This document shows, in pieces, positions 46,909 through 58,665 of a stretch of DNA of 64,000 nucleotides. The position numbers and the translations under genes were made by a program. The notes beneath the pieces were generated by a model. That model saw only the letters and a program-made list of their open reading frames with translations. It was not told the DNA's origin and did not search any database. The stretch spans positions 109,616,001-109,680,000 of the forward strand of contig NC_059430.1 of NCBI RefSeq assembly GCF_021028975.2, given 5' to 3'. How positions within the stretch are numbered: the stretch's first letter is position 1; every line of letters begins with the position of its first letter. This DNA is from Sphaerodactylus townsendi (taxonomy: Eukaryota).

Positions 46909-46923
46909 GGCTCTTTTCCTTAC

Positions 46924-47024
46924 CACTAGAACATTCATGAAATATCCTCCAATAAGAGCATAAACTCCTCCAGATGCTCCTACTAAGCCATGGAGCGGAT
47001 CACACACTGAGCTTGCCAAGGAAC
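46924..47024 (-). CDS. RHBDL2: RHBDL2 coding exon 4
   Basis: GSLASSVCDPLHGLVGASGGVYALIGGYFMNVLV; catalytic Ser in GASGG; 101 nt. Confidence 0.96.
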
Positions 47025-47348
47025 CTGGAATGGAAGCGGTAGCGTCGAAGAATATGAATGAAACAATGCTTCCTCCTAGCACTTAGCACAAACCCAAGAT
47101 TTTATATTAACTGTGTAATGACATCACTGGATGAGGTTGGGTAATTGCTTTGTCATTAGCAACAATAAACACTTACGCATAACAATAAGGAACTGAACAT
47201 TATCCTGCAAGTATCCACCCCTCGTAGTCCTAGCACACAATATGACATTCCTCAATTCAGGCATGAACACTCAGGCTAAGCATTTGAACTGGCCTTAGCA
47301 GACACTCCATTTTCTATTGCTCCTCTCAATTCCTTGGTACACACTTAC

Positions 47349-47461
47349 CTGCAATCACTCCTGCTACGTACACCAGCCCAACTCTAAGTCCTTTGTGAAC
47401 CAGTTCAAGGGGGATTCCCAAAAGAAGCTGAAGGAACAGATTTCCTAAGATATGTGCAATG
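47349..47461 (-). CDS. RHBDL2: RHBDL2 coding exon 3
   Basis: IAHILGNLFLQLLLGIPLELVHKGLRVGLVYVAGVIA; 113 nt. Confidence 0.95.
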
Positions 47462-47542
47462 CTGCCAAAAGAATGAAAGACAAAATTTACAAGGAAGAGC
47501 TAGCAAGTAATTTCTCCAAAGCAGTTATGTCTACCTCCACTG

Positions 47543-47837
47543 AGCCAGTGTTGTGTAGTAAGAGCAGGTGCACTCCAATCTGGGGAACTGGGTTTGATTC
47601 CCTTCTCTGCCACTTGAGCTGTGGAGGCTCATCAGGGGAACCAGATGTGTTTCTGCATACCTATATTCCTGCTGGGTGACCTTGGGCTAACCACAATTCT
47701 TTGGAGCTCTCTCAGCCCCACCCACCTCACATGTTGTTTGTTGTGGGCGGGGGGGGAGGGAAAGGAGATTGTAAGCCCCTTTGAGTCTCCTTGCAGGAGA
47801 GAAAGGGGGATATCAATCCAAACTCTTCTTCTTCTTC
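47543..47837 (+). mobile_element. tRNA-derived SINE (Squam3-like)
   Basis: gagccagtgttgtgtagtaagagc head; (CTT)n tail. Confidence 0.75.
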
Positions 47838-47944
47838 ATTGGCTCAAGAACCATAATCAACACTCAGAATGCCCATTTTCTGTCATTACACTTTACATTT
47901 CAGTGGTCTCAGCCTATTTAATATTAAGTATAGTTACTACACAC

Positions 47945-48120
47945 TAACCTGGAGGGCTCAAGTTAGCCTGATCTGGTCAGAACTGAAAAGCTAAGCAGGG
48001 TTGCCCTGTTTAGTACTTGGATGGGAGACCACCAAGGAAGAGACAAACTACCTCTGTTTCTCGTCTTCAAAATGGGGTTGCCATAAGCTGGCTGTAACTT
48101 GATGGGCCTTTCCATGACCA
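47945..48120 (+). mobile_element. 5S rRNA-derived SINE
   Basis: aagctaagcagggttgccctgtttagtacttggatgggagacc matches the 5S internal control region. Confidence 0.65.
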
Positions 48121-48525
48121 TAGTTATTACTCCCCTCTTCATGCTCTCTGAGCTCAGGACTAAATAGAAACTAAAGCAAGTTCTCTACCAGGGCAGAAGA
48201 TGTGAAGAACCTACCACTCTTTCAACTGTGCCTAAAACACCTTTTATTTCAGCGTGAGTCACAGCTCACTTGTTCAGATGCACACTGGAAGGAAATACAT
48301 GACCCATCCTAGTCTCAGGGACACATCATCATCTTCATCATATACCGCCCAACCCCAGAAGGGCTCTGAGTGGTATACAGTAAGGTCCAAAGGCAACAAC
48401 AATATACAACAATATACAGATCCATTTATTGACCTTAATAGATCCGGGTTGCACACCTTAAAAGAGAGTATCACAGATCAAAGCCACAGGCTCTTGCCTC
48501 CAAAAAAGCACATCATCTCCTATGG

Positions 48526-48852
48526 CAGGGGTCTCCAACCTTTTTGAGTCTGGGGGCATCTTTGGAATTCTGATACAGAATGGTGGGTGCAGCAACAATA
48601 TGGAAGCTGCAGGAGGCGGAAATATCACAAAATTCAGTTCCATAGTGCAGATCCTTGTGTTGTGGAAACAACTACTGCAAAAGCAACATTTTAAAAAATC
48701 TACACAGTCAGCCAATCTCCAGCAGCCAATCAAAAGGTTTGCTGGGCAAAAGCCCTACCTGACCTGGCCCGCTTCCTAAAACACTTTGTGGACAACAGAA
48801 ATGGTGTCAGTGAGTGCCATGACACCTACAGGCACCCCAATAGGGACCACTG
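48526..48852. mobile_element. hAT-like MITE, older
   Basis: caggggtctccaacc...gggaccactg; flanks tcctatgg/ccatatgg. Confidence 0.6.
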
Positions 48853-49299
48853 CCATATGGCAGTGACAGCAAAACTTCTTGGGCTGGGCATATCAAAAAA
48901 TGTGGAAAATGCCTAACTTGACTGTGGTGGTGGGTCCCCATCCAAAAGAGAAACAATTCTTCACATATTCATTAAAAAAATACAGTCCAATCATACGCAG
49001 GGCTCTGTATTATACAAAGAAATGACAAATAATTACAAAAATGACTCAAACAGGGAGTTGGTGTCGGGTGTCGGTGAACGCTGGTGTGTCACCCAAAACG
49101 TCATGGCATGTCACCTTTGACACATGTGGTTCACCATCACCACCCTAAAGTCTTGTCTGTAGCAGACTGTTCCATTGGATTCCACTACATTTACTTTTTC
49201 AAGTGAAGCCAACAGATATGAATGGAGATTTATTTATTGGAAAAGAGACCCTCAAAATGACTGCCAGCAACTTCAACGTAAGTGCAAGTTGTTGCTCAC

Positions 49300-49448
49300 C
49301 CAGCGTGCACAAGCATGTAAGACAAGAATCTCCATGCTTCTTCTCTCCTATCAGGCCTGTATGTAAAAGGACTCTCCCAGATGCTGGAATCTAGAGTGAT
49401 CCACTGTTCCTGGGGCTTCGAAACCGCGTAATAAATGAAGGTAGTCAG
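49300..49448 (-). CDS. RHBDL2: RHBDL2 coding exon 2
   Basis: LTTFIYYAVSKPQEQWITLD...REEAWRFLSYMLVHAG (rhomboid WR motif); 149 nt. Confidence 0.95.
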
Positions 49449-49859
49449 CTAGACATAAAGAAATCACAAGGCAGTCAGGTACATGGTTGTGTGTGGGTGT
49501 ACTTTTAACACCACAGGACTGGGCTTCACAACCATTTGGAAGGAGCAAAGACATCTGATAACCCTAAAGCTAATATCAATAAATTCATCAACATTCTAAG
49601 AAATGATATTCACTGGACACATTTCTATCAAAGGTTATAAATCACAACAACAAATACATATGTTCTATAAGCAAGATATTTTGATCTGATAACATGAAAA
49701 TCTGAATACTTAGAAAAGAATTCTAACATACGAATGCAACCATTATTTTGTCATGGAAAGCACAGGTTTATAATCTTTTGGGTATGGTGGCGTACAAGTC
49801 CAAATTTATTTGGTGTGGTGATCCAATGATTTATTGTCATGTGAATTTTGGCCCATAGG

Positions 49860-50417
49860 CAGAGGTGGGATCCAGCAGGTTCTCACCAGTTCCCGAGTGT
49901 GGGTTACTAATTATTTGTGTGTGCCGAGAGGGGGTTACTAATTGGGTCTGCTTTTTCGTTAGAAATTCCATTAGGTCCAAAAATCATGAAGTCCTGTTGT
50001 TTCCTATGTGGCTGGTTAGCAAAGGTAGAAAACGGGATAATTCTCCCTGTTGGGCTGTTTTAAAAACATGTTTTAATAACATGGTAAAGTTCCTTGTTTA
50101 AGGAAAATATCCTTCTTTTGATTTCTAGAAACAAAATTATTTGGAAGTATTAAGTATTTGACAGGCAGTCAATTAGAGAAGTAGTTTCTGTTGGCAGTAG
50201 ACAATAGGACTTGCTATAATGAGTTTAAATTATGGACAGAAAGATACCAGCTGGAAATTAGGAACTTTTTCTTTACAATAAGAGTTTTTTACAGTAACAG
50301 AGAAATTATTAATGCCCTGTGCACGTCGTGCCCCACCCAGCCCCATTGGCGCTACGCCACTGTTTGAATCCCACCACCATGGGAACCTGTTACTAAAATT
50401 TTTGGATCCCACCACTG
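49860..50417. mobile_element. Non-autonomous hAT transposon
   Basis: TIRs CAGAGGTGGGATCC / GGATCCCACCACTG; perfect TSD CCCATAGG. Confidence 0.85.
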
Positions 50418-50628
50418 CCCATAGGTCTTTGATAGCCATAATGTAGTTAGTGTAATTTAACTGCAAGTTTGCCTATTTTGTTGCCCTTAAAATTTTGTTC
50501 ACAGATCTGAACAAATGCTGACAAAAGAACTGCAAGGCGAGTGTTCAGACGGAACACATTCCATCACATTCTACATTAGCAATTTAGACAGGCAGAAATG
50601 AGACAAAAGGTTTCAAACATTTCCGTAC

Positions 50629-50838
50629 CTCAGCAACACTGATCGCAAGGATGAAAATGGGGGGTGGGATGCAGTTGGCTCTTTCAAGGTAGGTCGCTCT
50701 GGTATTTTCTGGAAGCATCCATTTAGAAACAGTTTCATGGAAGCTGTCCCAACTGATACAAGCACGTCGCTCCTCATCTCTCTTTTCTTCCTCTGCTGCT
50801 TCAGTGCCCCCCTCAGGGTTCATCCTTTCAAGCTCCAT
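50629..50838 (-). CDS. RHBDL2: RHBDL2 first coding exon
   Basis: MELERMNPEG...VSKWMLPE..RATYLERANCIPPPIFILAISVAE|GT; in-frame stop upstream; acceptor 50873-50874; spliced CDS 879 nt = 292 aa. Confidence 0.93.
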
Positions 50839-52739
50839 ATTTGAGGGAAGTCAGAAGACATCCAGTCTGCTCCTGGCACACAAGGACATTAACAGCACAT
50901 TTGTCTTGGACCCGAAACCACTGCCTTTTCCTCCTGCCCAATCACTGTCCCAAAATGTAGGCACTCAGTATAGTGAAAATATCCTGCCCTTGTGGAGGGT
51001 AATTCTAAAATTAGCCTTAGTTATCAACATTTTTTTTCTCGCATACCCCTGGCAACCCATTTCCTTAAAATTGTACCCCCATATTAGCAACCCATTATGT
51101 ATTTTTTCCACATATCCCCAAAAGCTCTGGCGCATATTCCTGGGGGTATGAATATTCCAGATTGGAAACTAGGCCTAAGACTTCTCGCTTGCTACTTAAA
51201 TTGGATTGTTTGAGATAAGAACTTCCTTGTTTCTGACCTTCAGTAACTCTTTCGGGAGTTACCGGTCCTCTGCCTGAACAACTATGAATGTCAAGACTGT
51301 GTGGCGTTTGAATAAGATTGTACAAAGTATTATGTTCTTAACCCCTAGGCAATTTTAATCCCAAATAATTTGTGGCAACAAAATAACACAAGGGTCCAGC
51401 AGTATTTTCAAGCACAACAAAATTTATTCTGCGTGCAAGCTTTTGTAAGTCAGAGCCAACGTTTCTTCCACCTGGCTCATGCAAGCTGAGACTCAGATTA
51501 AATTCTACCAGTCCTCAGTGCCACTGGACTCTTTATTCTGATCCATTTTAGCACTTTAGTGACTTTTGATTCCTTCCCGTTCCTTGCAGCATGATGAAAA
51601 TGGAAGAGAATGGCTATTTCTCTCCTGACTCTGCCCACAAAGCATCCAGGGGAATGAATCCACCACACCCACGAGATGTGGTTTCACAGCATAACCAGGA
51701 AATGAAGCCAAGCATAAATAGAATTTGGAGTGGCTCCCAATGAAATGTGCTTCCACTGCATATCTTAATCTCCATACTAATTATTTCCTACTAAAACATA
51801 TATACTATAATTTGTTTTAAAGTTTCCTTTAAATTTAACTCATCTCCACTTATCATAATAGTCTTGAATATATATATAATATTTGTATATGTATCAAAAT
51901 TCCAGGCCAGTGTTATACATCACCTTCCAAATTTAGCAACCTTAAGAGTCATTTTGTGATCCTTGTCAGCAAGGAGCTGTTCCACCAGGTTTGTTTTTTT
52001 TGGGGGGGGGGCGGGGGGGGGTGGCTGCTGAGCTTCCTGATGCCCATGTACCATCTGTTGCTCTTTGGCTGTCTGCTGGTCCCCTCCCAGGGTTAGAACT
52101 GGATTCCATCCTCCAGTGGGTTGTATCGCTGCTACTGTTTTTATCGATTTATGTATGTTAATGATGTTATTCAATGTTTTTTGTATTTTGGAATTTATTG
52201 TCTGTACACCGCTCTGAGCCCTTTGGGGGAGAGCAGTTTATTAAGTCGAATAAATAATAATAATATCGCTTTGACTGCTGTTCCACTCCCAGGAGCCTGC
52301 AATTCCTATGGTTGCCAATCTCCTGGGGACTGGAGATCTCTCAGAATTATAATTTATCTCCAAGATACAAGCACCAGCATCCCTGGAGAAAATGGTTGCT
52401 TTGAAGGGTGGCCTCTATGGCATGACAACACATTAAGACCCCTCCCCTCCACAGACTTCACTACCAAACTTCTAGGAATTTCCTCAATACAGAGTTGACC
52501 TGGGCAGTCATTGTTCCCCTGGACTGCCTGCCTGGCACGATACCCAGCTGAGATCTTTGCTCTGATCAACCCCACTCTCTCCAAACTCCACCCCCAGATC
52601 TTCAGAAATCCCACCAAACCAAAGCGGCCAGCCTTATAACAAACTTGATGCAGAAAGCGGTTCTACTCCCAGGGGCCATCATTCCACCCCCAACAACTCC
52701 AACCCAGAACCCAGTTGATCCTGTGGAGCTTGCATATTT

Positions 52740-53700
52740 GCAAGCGGAGCGAGCCGAGGGTCACCCCCTCCCTCCAGAGGGCCTGGAAGAAAGCGACTTC
52801 GGGAGGCGGGGGAGGCAATGCAGAGGAAAGCCCCCTGCCCACAAACGCGCGGGACTAACCAAAGGATACCCGCAGGCGCCGTCCCAGCGCGCAAGGCACT
52901 CGCGGTTTTTCACTGCCGCAGCACCGACCAATCGCAAGAGCTTCACCCTGCAGTGGGGTTACTTAAAGCGGCTGTCGTTCGCCCGTCGGTGGATCGCAGC
53001 CCGACGCTCACCGGCCCTTCCCGGCGTCGCCCCTTCTCGCTCCGGGACTGGCGGCAAAAGCTCTCCCGCTCAAAGAGGGGCGCATCCCCGGCGCGGCGGA
53101 GCCAACGTGGCGCAGCCACACACCTGCGTTTGGGGCTCGGCGGGGCTGCCCAAAGCGGCGTCTGGCGCCGCCTCCTCTGCCACAGCCCGGGCCGAGCCAA
53201 CGCCGAGGAGCAGGAAGCGGTGGCGGCGGCCGCTCCTTCCAGCGTCGCTTCCCCCGAGGCCGGGACGTGGCTGCGCCTGGAGGCGGTTCGAAGGGGCTGC
53301 CAGCCGCGCCATTCAAGCGCTCCGCCGCCGTCTGGGTGTGCATGGCGGTGGGCTAAAGGGAACAAGGGCAGGGTCGCCAGGGCGATTGGCCCGGAGGAGG
53401 GGTGCTTCGGGGTGGCCCCGGGGTCGTGCGTAAAAGCAGGGGCGGAGCAGGGTGGCACAGCCGGGAGGATTCGGATCCTGAGGCTGAAGTGGATTCCGCA
53501 CAGCACGTTTATCAGGAGTTGCAAGGCTTCGCTTCGCAGTGCAGGTGCCCCGGATGAGCACGTGCGGAAAACAGGGGATGTGTTTATTTTTAAATGTATC
53601 CGCCGCTCTCCCAAAACGGCTCAGAGCGGATAAGTCGAAGCTGTAAGGGGCCAGCACTGCCCCGTCTCCGACGTTTTATCCTCACGACCCTGTTAGGCAC
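52740..53700 (-). promoter_or_regulatory. CpG island, probable RHBDL2 promoter and non-coding first exon
   Basis: CpG-dense; CCAAT and GC box at 53380-53445; candidate minus-strand donor CCG|GTGAGC at 53012/53011. Confidence 0.65.
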
Positions 53701-55226
53701 TGTGGCAACGGGGCAGTGTTGTTTTTGCACTAGTGAATTCGTGCAGGCCTTCTTTGTGCTGGGGACGGGTAGCCAAAAGTGCTACAGGGATGACGCTTTT
53801 TGTGCGTAAAGACTTAAACTTTTTGGTGTTAGAAATAAATTGACGGCAGCTGTAACGGATTAAAAGTAATACCGTCCATAGGGCTATGGTTTTTCCATCC
53901 TCAACAGGCTGTTGTATTTCTGGGCTGTGTGGCCAAGGTCTGGTAGCTTTTGTTCCTAACGTTTTGCCCACATTGATGGCTGGCATCTTCGGAAGCACAT
54001 CACTGTGAGGTGTCTCTTTCTGTGCTGACACTATTAGAAGCAGACAGCCACAGCCCAGAAACTCCACAACAGCCTGATTTTTGCTGTGAGAGCCTTTCAT
54101 GGCACATTTCCCAGCTGTCTTGCATGCCCTTCCTGCCTCACCTGCAATCCAGCATTCGTGGGAATAGAATTTTTAATTGGCTGTTTGTTTAATGGAAGCA
54201 GTAGTGTTGTGACAAAGAGTCTGATCTGAACCCAAGTAATCCCAGTTCTACCCCACAATGATCCAGTCTCCAAAATACTCTTCACTTCCAGATTCACCAA
54301 GCCCTGTGTTCAAGGTATTCCTTATGCTGGTTTCAAAAAAGTGTCAATCAAAAATTTCAGCACAGTGCATGTGTCCATGTAGCTCTCCCAGACAGCACTC
54401 CTTTATTTCCAACACGTTTGGAAGATCCTCGGTTTTCAAGTGGTGCAAATCTGCCAGATTAGATTCAACAGCTGCATCCAAGCAGAAGTCTCCTGCAGAG
54501 GCCCCTGAATTTGTGCACTGGAAAGCCCTTCAACCAGTGACCCCTGCTCCAAGTCAATACAGTTTGCAACAGCTGCTCAGATCTGAAAGTTCATCAGTGT
54601 TTCCCTATCCCTGCTGGCCTGTATTCAACAACAGCGATTGCAGTAACCCAGATGAGGCCAATCTTGCCAGAGCTGGGATGTTTTCAGTGTGACTGGCTGT
54701 GTTTAATATTTGGATAGCAGACCACTGAGGAAGAGTGGGGTTTCTACACAGAGTGAAAGCAATAGTGAACCACCTCTAGCCATCTTTTGGAAATCCTACG
54801 AGAGGCTGCCATAAATCAATTCCAACTGGATGGCACTAAATATCCAACAATGCAATTCATCAGATGGAAAGTAATTTGTTTACAGAAAAAGGGACAGCAG
54901 TTTCTGCCTTCCATTTCAAACATCTACTTTGCAACCACTGCTTTTCCTAAGGGTCCCCCCACCCTCCAGAAAGAAAAAGTTTTGGAGGACTGTATGTTGC
55001 TTTGTAATCTCTTGAGGAGGGAAGAGAGACATAAATTACTGTTTGGTCTTTTAGGTTGGTGACACTCCTTTTGCAGCAGCCTGCCATCTTTCTTGTGCTG
55101 CATATGGGGTGGCCATAAACAGACTGTGGCTTGATGGCCTTTTCTGCCCCCATCCCCCAACCCAAAGAATTTTGGCTTTAAAAGATACCCGTCTTCCAGA
55201 AAACACACAGCGCTATCAAAACTCAG

Positions 55227-55232
55227 TTTATT
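55227..55232 (-). terminator. Candidate RCC1 polyadenylation signal (AATAAA); alternative at 54402-54407
   Basis: AATAAA on the minus strand followed by GT-rich sequence, 1.5 kb after the RCC1 stop. Confidence 0.5.
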
Positions 55233-56734
55233 CCAAATGTTAGAATCGTACAGATCTGCTTCTCTTCCAAAATATTTTCTTTGACTCCATCCCCCCTCAA
55301 AAATTAACAGCCCCAATCCAAGGGGCTGGGTGCCTGGCCACGGCACTGCAGCCGCTGCCCCCAAAGAGGCTTCCCAGTGACATAGGGAGGCTAGAAAGGC
55401 AAAAAGGCCTCCCTGCCACCAAGAAGCCCCCATTGGCTGTAACAGACTTATGCCACCCTTTTTGGTGCCATATGTCTGAGGCCCTGTCCACCAGAGTAGC
55501 ACAGCAAATGGTTGGGAGGAAGCAGACTAATGTTAGCCACGCCACGCCAGTGGCAGGGGTGCTGGGATCCTGATGCCAGCGTCTGGCGCTGCATCCCAGC
55601 AATAGGGAGGGCCGTGGTGGCCACACGCTGGCGAAAACACCCTTACACTGGGGAAAATGCCCTGGGGAGGGCAAATCTGCCAGCACAGCTGCACGCCGCT
55701 CCCATGGATGGGCTCCGAGTTTAAAATGTGTTTAAAGGCCAACAACCCAGAAGCAAGGTTATTCAATCCAGTTCTGATCCACACTCCCATCAAAGGAAGC
55801 CAGTCAATGGTTTAAAAACATCTCCCCAAACACCAGGCAGATGGTAAAAGAGGATGGCTTGAGCCAGGTTTGTAATACGCTAATAAAAGAACCACCACCT
55901 CAGTCACGTCCCCAAAGGAACGGAGAATGGGCAGAGCGTTCTGGAAAATGGGAAGAACTGTTGTTTACAAGCGACTCCCCACTCCAGTTGCTGACCCCCA
56001 ACTGTGGCTAGATGGGAGTAACATAAAGCTGACTCATGCCCCAGTTACACTTTCTCAAGCTATGTTTGGGAAGCAACAAAGTATTTTTTTTGTCTTTTTT
56101 CTTCCCCAAATGCCATGTGTTCGCCTGTCTCCCTTTGACATCAGCATCCCAATTTGTCCTACATGTCCCCACCACACACTCCTCTCTTTTTAATTTGGGT
56201 GTGGCTCAGATTGTTGGTACCTGCCATCTACCACCTTGGCCAAACAGGAAACAGGGAGGTTCAAGAAATACCCAAGTTCAAAACAAAGGGGAGCACGTCA
56301 GGTCACCTAGGACAAACGTGGGTGTCAGGAGCAAAGAATGATAGAACTCCCTGAATTCTGAGAAGCAGAAAGGACTGAAGGGGAAAAAAAAATAAGGCTA
56401 GCAGCCAAGGTGGGCTGAGACAGGTTTCATGGCAAGAGGTGGAAATTTCAGCTGACCTTTTTTGACGGTTAACAAGCAGGGAAAGAAACCGCCACGGAGG
56501 TGAAGGGAGCTAGGAAACAAAGACCTTGTTCCAGCTACCGAGGGAACCCAATTTTTAGATTTAAATAAATTCCAGCCTTCAGGAGAACACTTTATATAAT
56601 TCTTCTCTCCAAGGAAGATTATCAGAAGGTATGACAGGATGCCATCAAAAGCTAGTCTTCTGAGCCTTAAAGATTTAGGGAGGCGGACCCATCCCTCCAC
56701 CCGAGTTCTTGCTGGGATCTCGAATCCCAGCTTG

Positions 56735-56907
56735 TCAACTCTGCTGGTCCTTGACTAGCATAACTGTGTGCTGGCCGCCACCCGTCACAGAAAGGACAGT
56801 GCGGTTCTCCAGCTGCTGGCCCGACATCTGAACAGGGCTCCAGGCATCCTCTTCATCCCCTGTGGCCAGCTGCAGGTTCGATCCCATGCCCCAGGCAAAT
56901 GCTCGCC
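56735..56907 (-). CDS. RCC1: Regulator of chromosome condensation 1, last coding exon
   Basis: [57 protein letters not shown]. Confidence 0.95.
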
Positions 56908-57359
56908 CTGCCAAGAAAGAGATGGGTGCGGATCACATTGACAGTTTTAAAAGTTTCATGATACATCCCAACACGCTGGCTGTGAAACGTAAAGGTAATT
57001 CCAGTGCTCTATGCATGGCATGCATTACACAGTTCTGGTCTCCCCAATTGTCCCTTTTTATAAAGGGAACAGTCATGGGCTAGTGGTCCAGTGAAAGTAG
57101 ATAGTTTTCACTGTCAAGATGCGTGCTGAATGGGGCTATACCTGCTCTTGTAAAATCCGACCAGTGATGAGCAAAAATTCCAGTTGCATTGCAAGGCACA
57201 GAACACTGGACAGGGAATGGAGCCAGAAGTGGGCAAGGCTATGCCAGTTGGCACGGCCCTACCCATAGCCCTGGCAGAATTTCCAGTTTATGACTGAAGG
57301 CTACCCTGAGCTTTAGGCTTCCAGTGCTTGATTTCAGCTGCCTATACAATTTGTGGTTG

Positions 57360-58190
57360 AGAAATTTAAATATAACTCAGCTTTATGTCTTCAGTTTAGA
57401 AAAGAGACTGCGGGGGAGAGAGATGATAGAGGTTCATAAAATTATACACGGGGTAGAGAGAGTGGACTGAACTTTCTTTCCCTCTCCCAAAAGACTATAA
57501 CTCAAGGAAGTCGAGGGCCATTGATTCAGAACGAACAAAATAATTTTTTTTTGTACAAGAAATGATTCTGGAATTTACTGCTAGAAAATGTAGCGATGGT
57601 CACACAAGCATAAACAGGCTTGACAGGTTCATTTGACAGATTTGTGGAAGACAGGTCTAGCAGTGGCTACTAGACATGATGACTGACTCCATATTTGGAG
57701 GCATATTTGAATACCAGGGCTAGGAGGCAACATCAACGGAATGACTCAGCCTCTGTGCTCTGTTATTGGCCATACGAGAGGAACGGGTTGGCCACTGTGT
57801 GGTGGACTAGATCAGTGTTTCCCAACATTTTCGGCATTACGGTACCCTTGACCTCACCCTTCATATCTCACGGTACCCCTGCCATCTCCCCCACCTTCCC
57901 CTCCCAGTGCCCCTGCTTGTCACCCCCACCCCACCCCACCTTCTCCTCCCAGGGTGAAGGGAAGCACTGTCGGGCAGGAAGTGGCTGCTGACAGGAGCAA
58001 GCTATCCTGGGCCGTCCTTGTCCTTGCTGGCACCGGCGGAAGACACCGCAGAAGTTAGGGGGGCTGGAAGTGTTGCTGTGGTACCCCTGGGACATGCTCA
58101 CGGCACCCCAGGGTACCACGGAACCCTGGTTGGGAATCACTGGACTAGATGGACCACTAGTCAGATCCAGCATGGCTCTTTTGATGTTTT
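57360..58190 (+). mobile_element. Old CR1 3' end, interrupted by a hAT MITE
   Basis: Degenerate LFSLEKRLRGEMIEVHKII translation and CR1 3' UTR. Confidence 0.75.
57813..58142. mobile_element. hAT MITE nested in CR1
   Basis: TIRs CAGTGTTTCCCAAC / GTTGGGAATCACTG; perfect TSD GACTAGAT. Confidence 0.85.
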
Positions 58191-58477
58191 CGCTTGGGCA
58201 AAAGGTGGGTTCTCAAGAGGATGTATTTTTCAAAAACATGCGTAAAATAAATAAGATGTACAAGGGGGAGAAGAAGTCTGGTCCTGTCTTGAAAGCCCCC
58301 TGAATACTTTTTAAAGTAGTCCATCTAGACATGAAGATAACCCTAAAGAGGACAGCAGGATGATGCCAGTGATGAAAACTGCCTTGCTAGTGGGCATCAA
58401 AAGGAAATACTTGTTTCTTGAAGAGACCTCCCTCACCCCTATTATCAAGGAAGTACAGTTCCGGCTGGCTGGACAAA

Positions 58478-58665
58478 CCTGGACAGCCCAGGATAGCTTG
58501 CTCCTGTAAGGTCTCAGAGCTAACCAGGGTTGGCCATGGTTAGTACTTGGATGGGAGACCACCAAAGAAGTCTAGGGTTGAGGCAGGTAATGGCAAACCA
58601 TCTCTGTCTCTTGCCTGGAAAACCCTACTGGGTTGCCATAATTCAGCTGGGACTTGATGGCATTT
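58478..58665 (+). mobile_element. 5S rRNA-derived SINE
   Basis: gctaaccagggttggccatggttagtacttggatgggagacc plus aatggcaaacca tail. Confidence 0.65.

Noticed and set aside
47960-48035. 5S rRNA gene (also at 9520, 38205, 46680, 58500)
   Set aside because: Partial and diverged, joined to a shared non-rRNA tail, with no intact 120-nt gene or terminator; these are SINE heads
53005-53060. Remnant of TRNAU1AP exon 1 downstream of RCC1
   Set aside because: No ATG or MAASLWMGD match and no downstream RRM exons found
52645-53657. Long overlapping ORFs of 223-271 aa
   Set aside because: Expected stop-codon scarcity in a CpG island; low-complexity Arg/Ala/Pro/Gly translations with no recognisable domain
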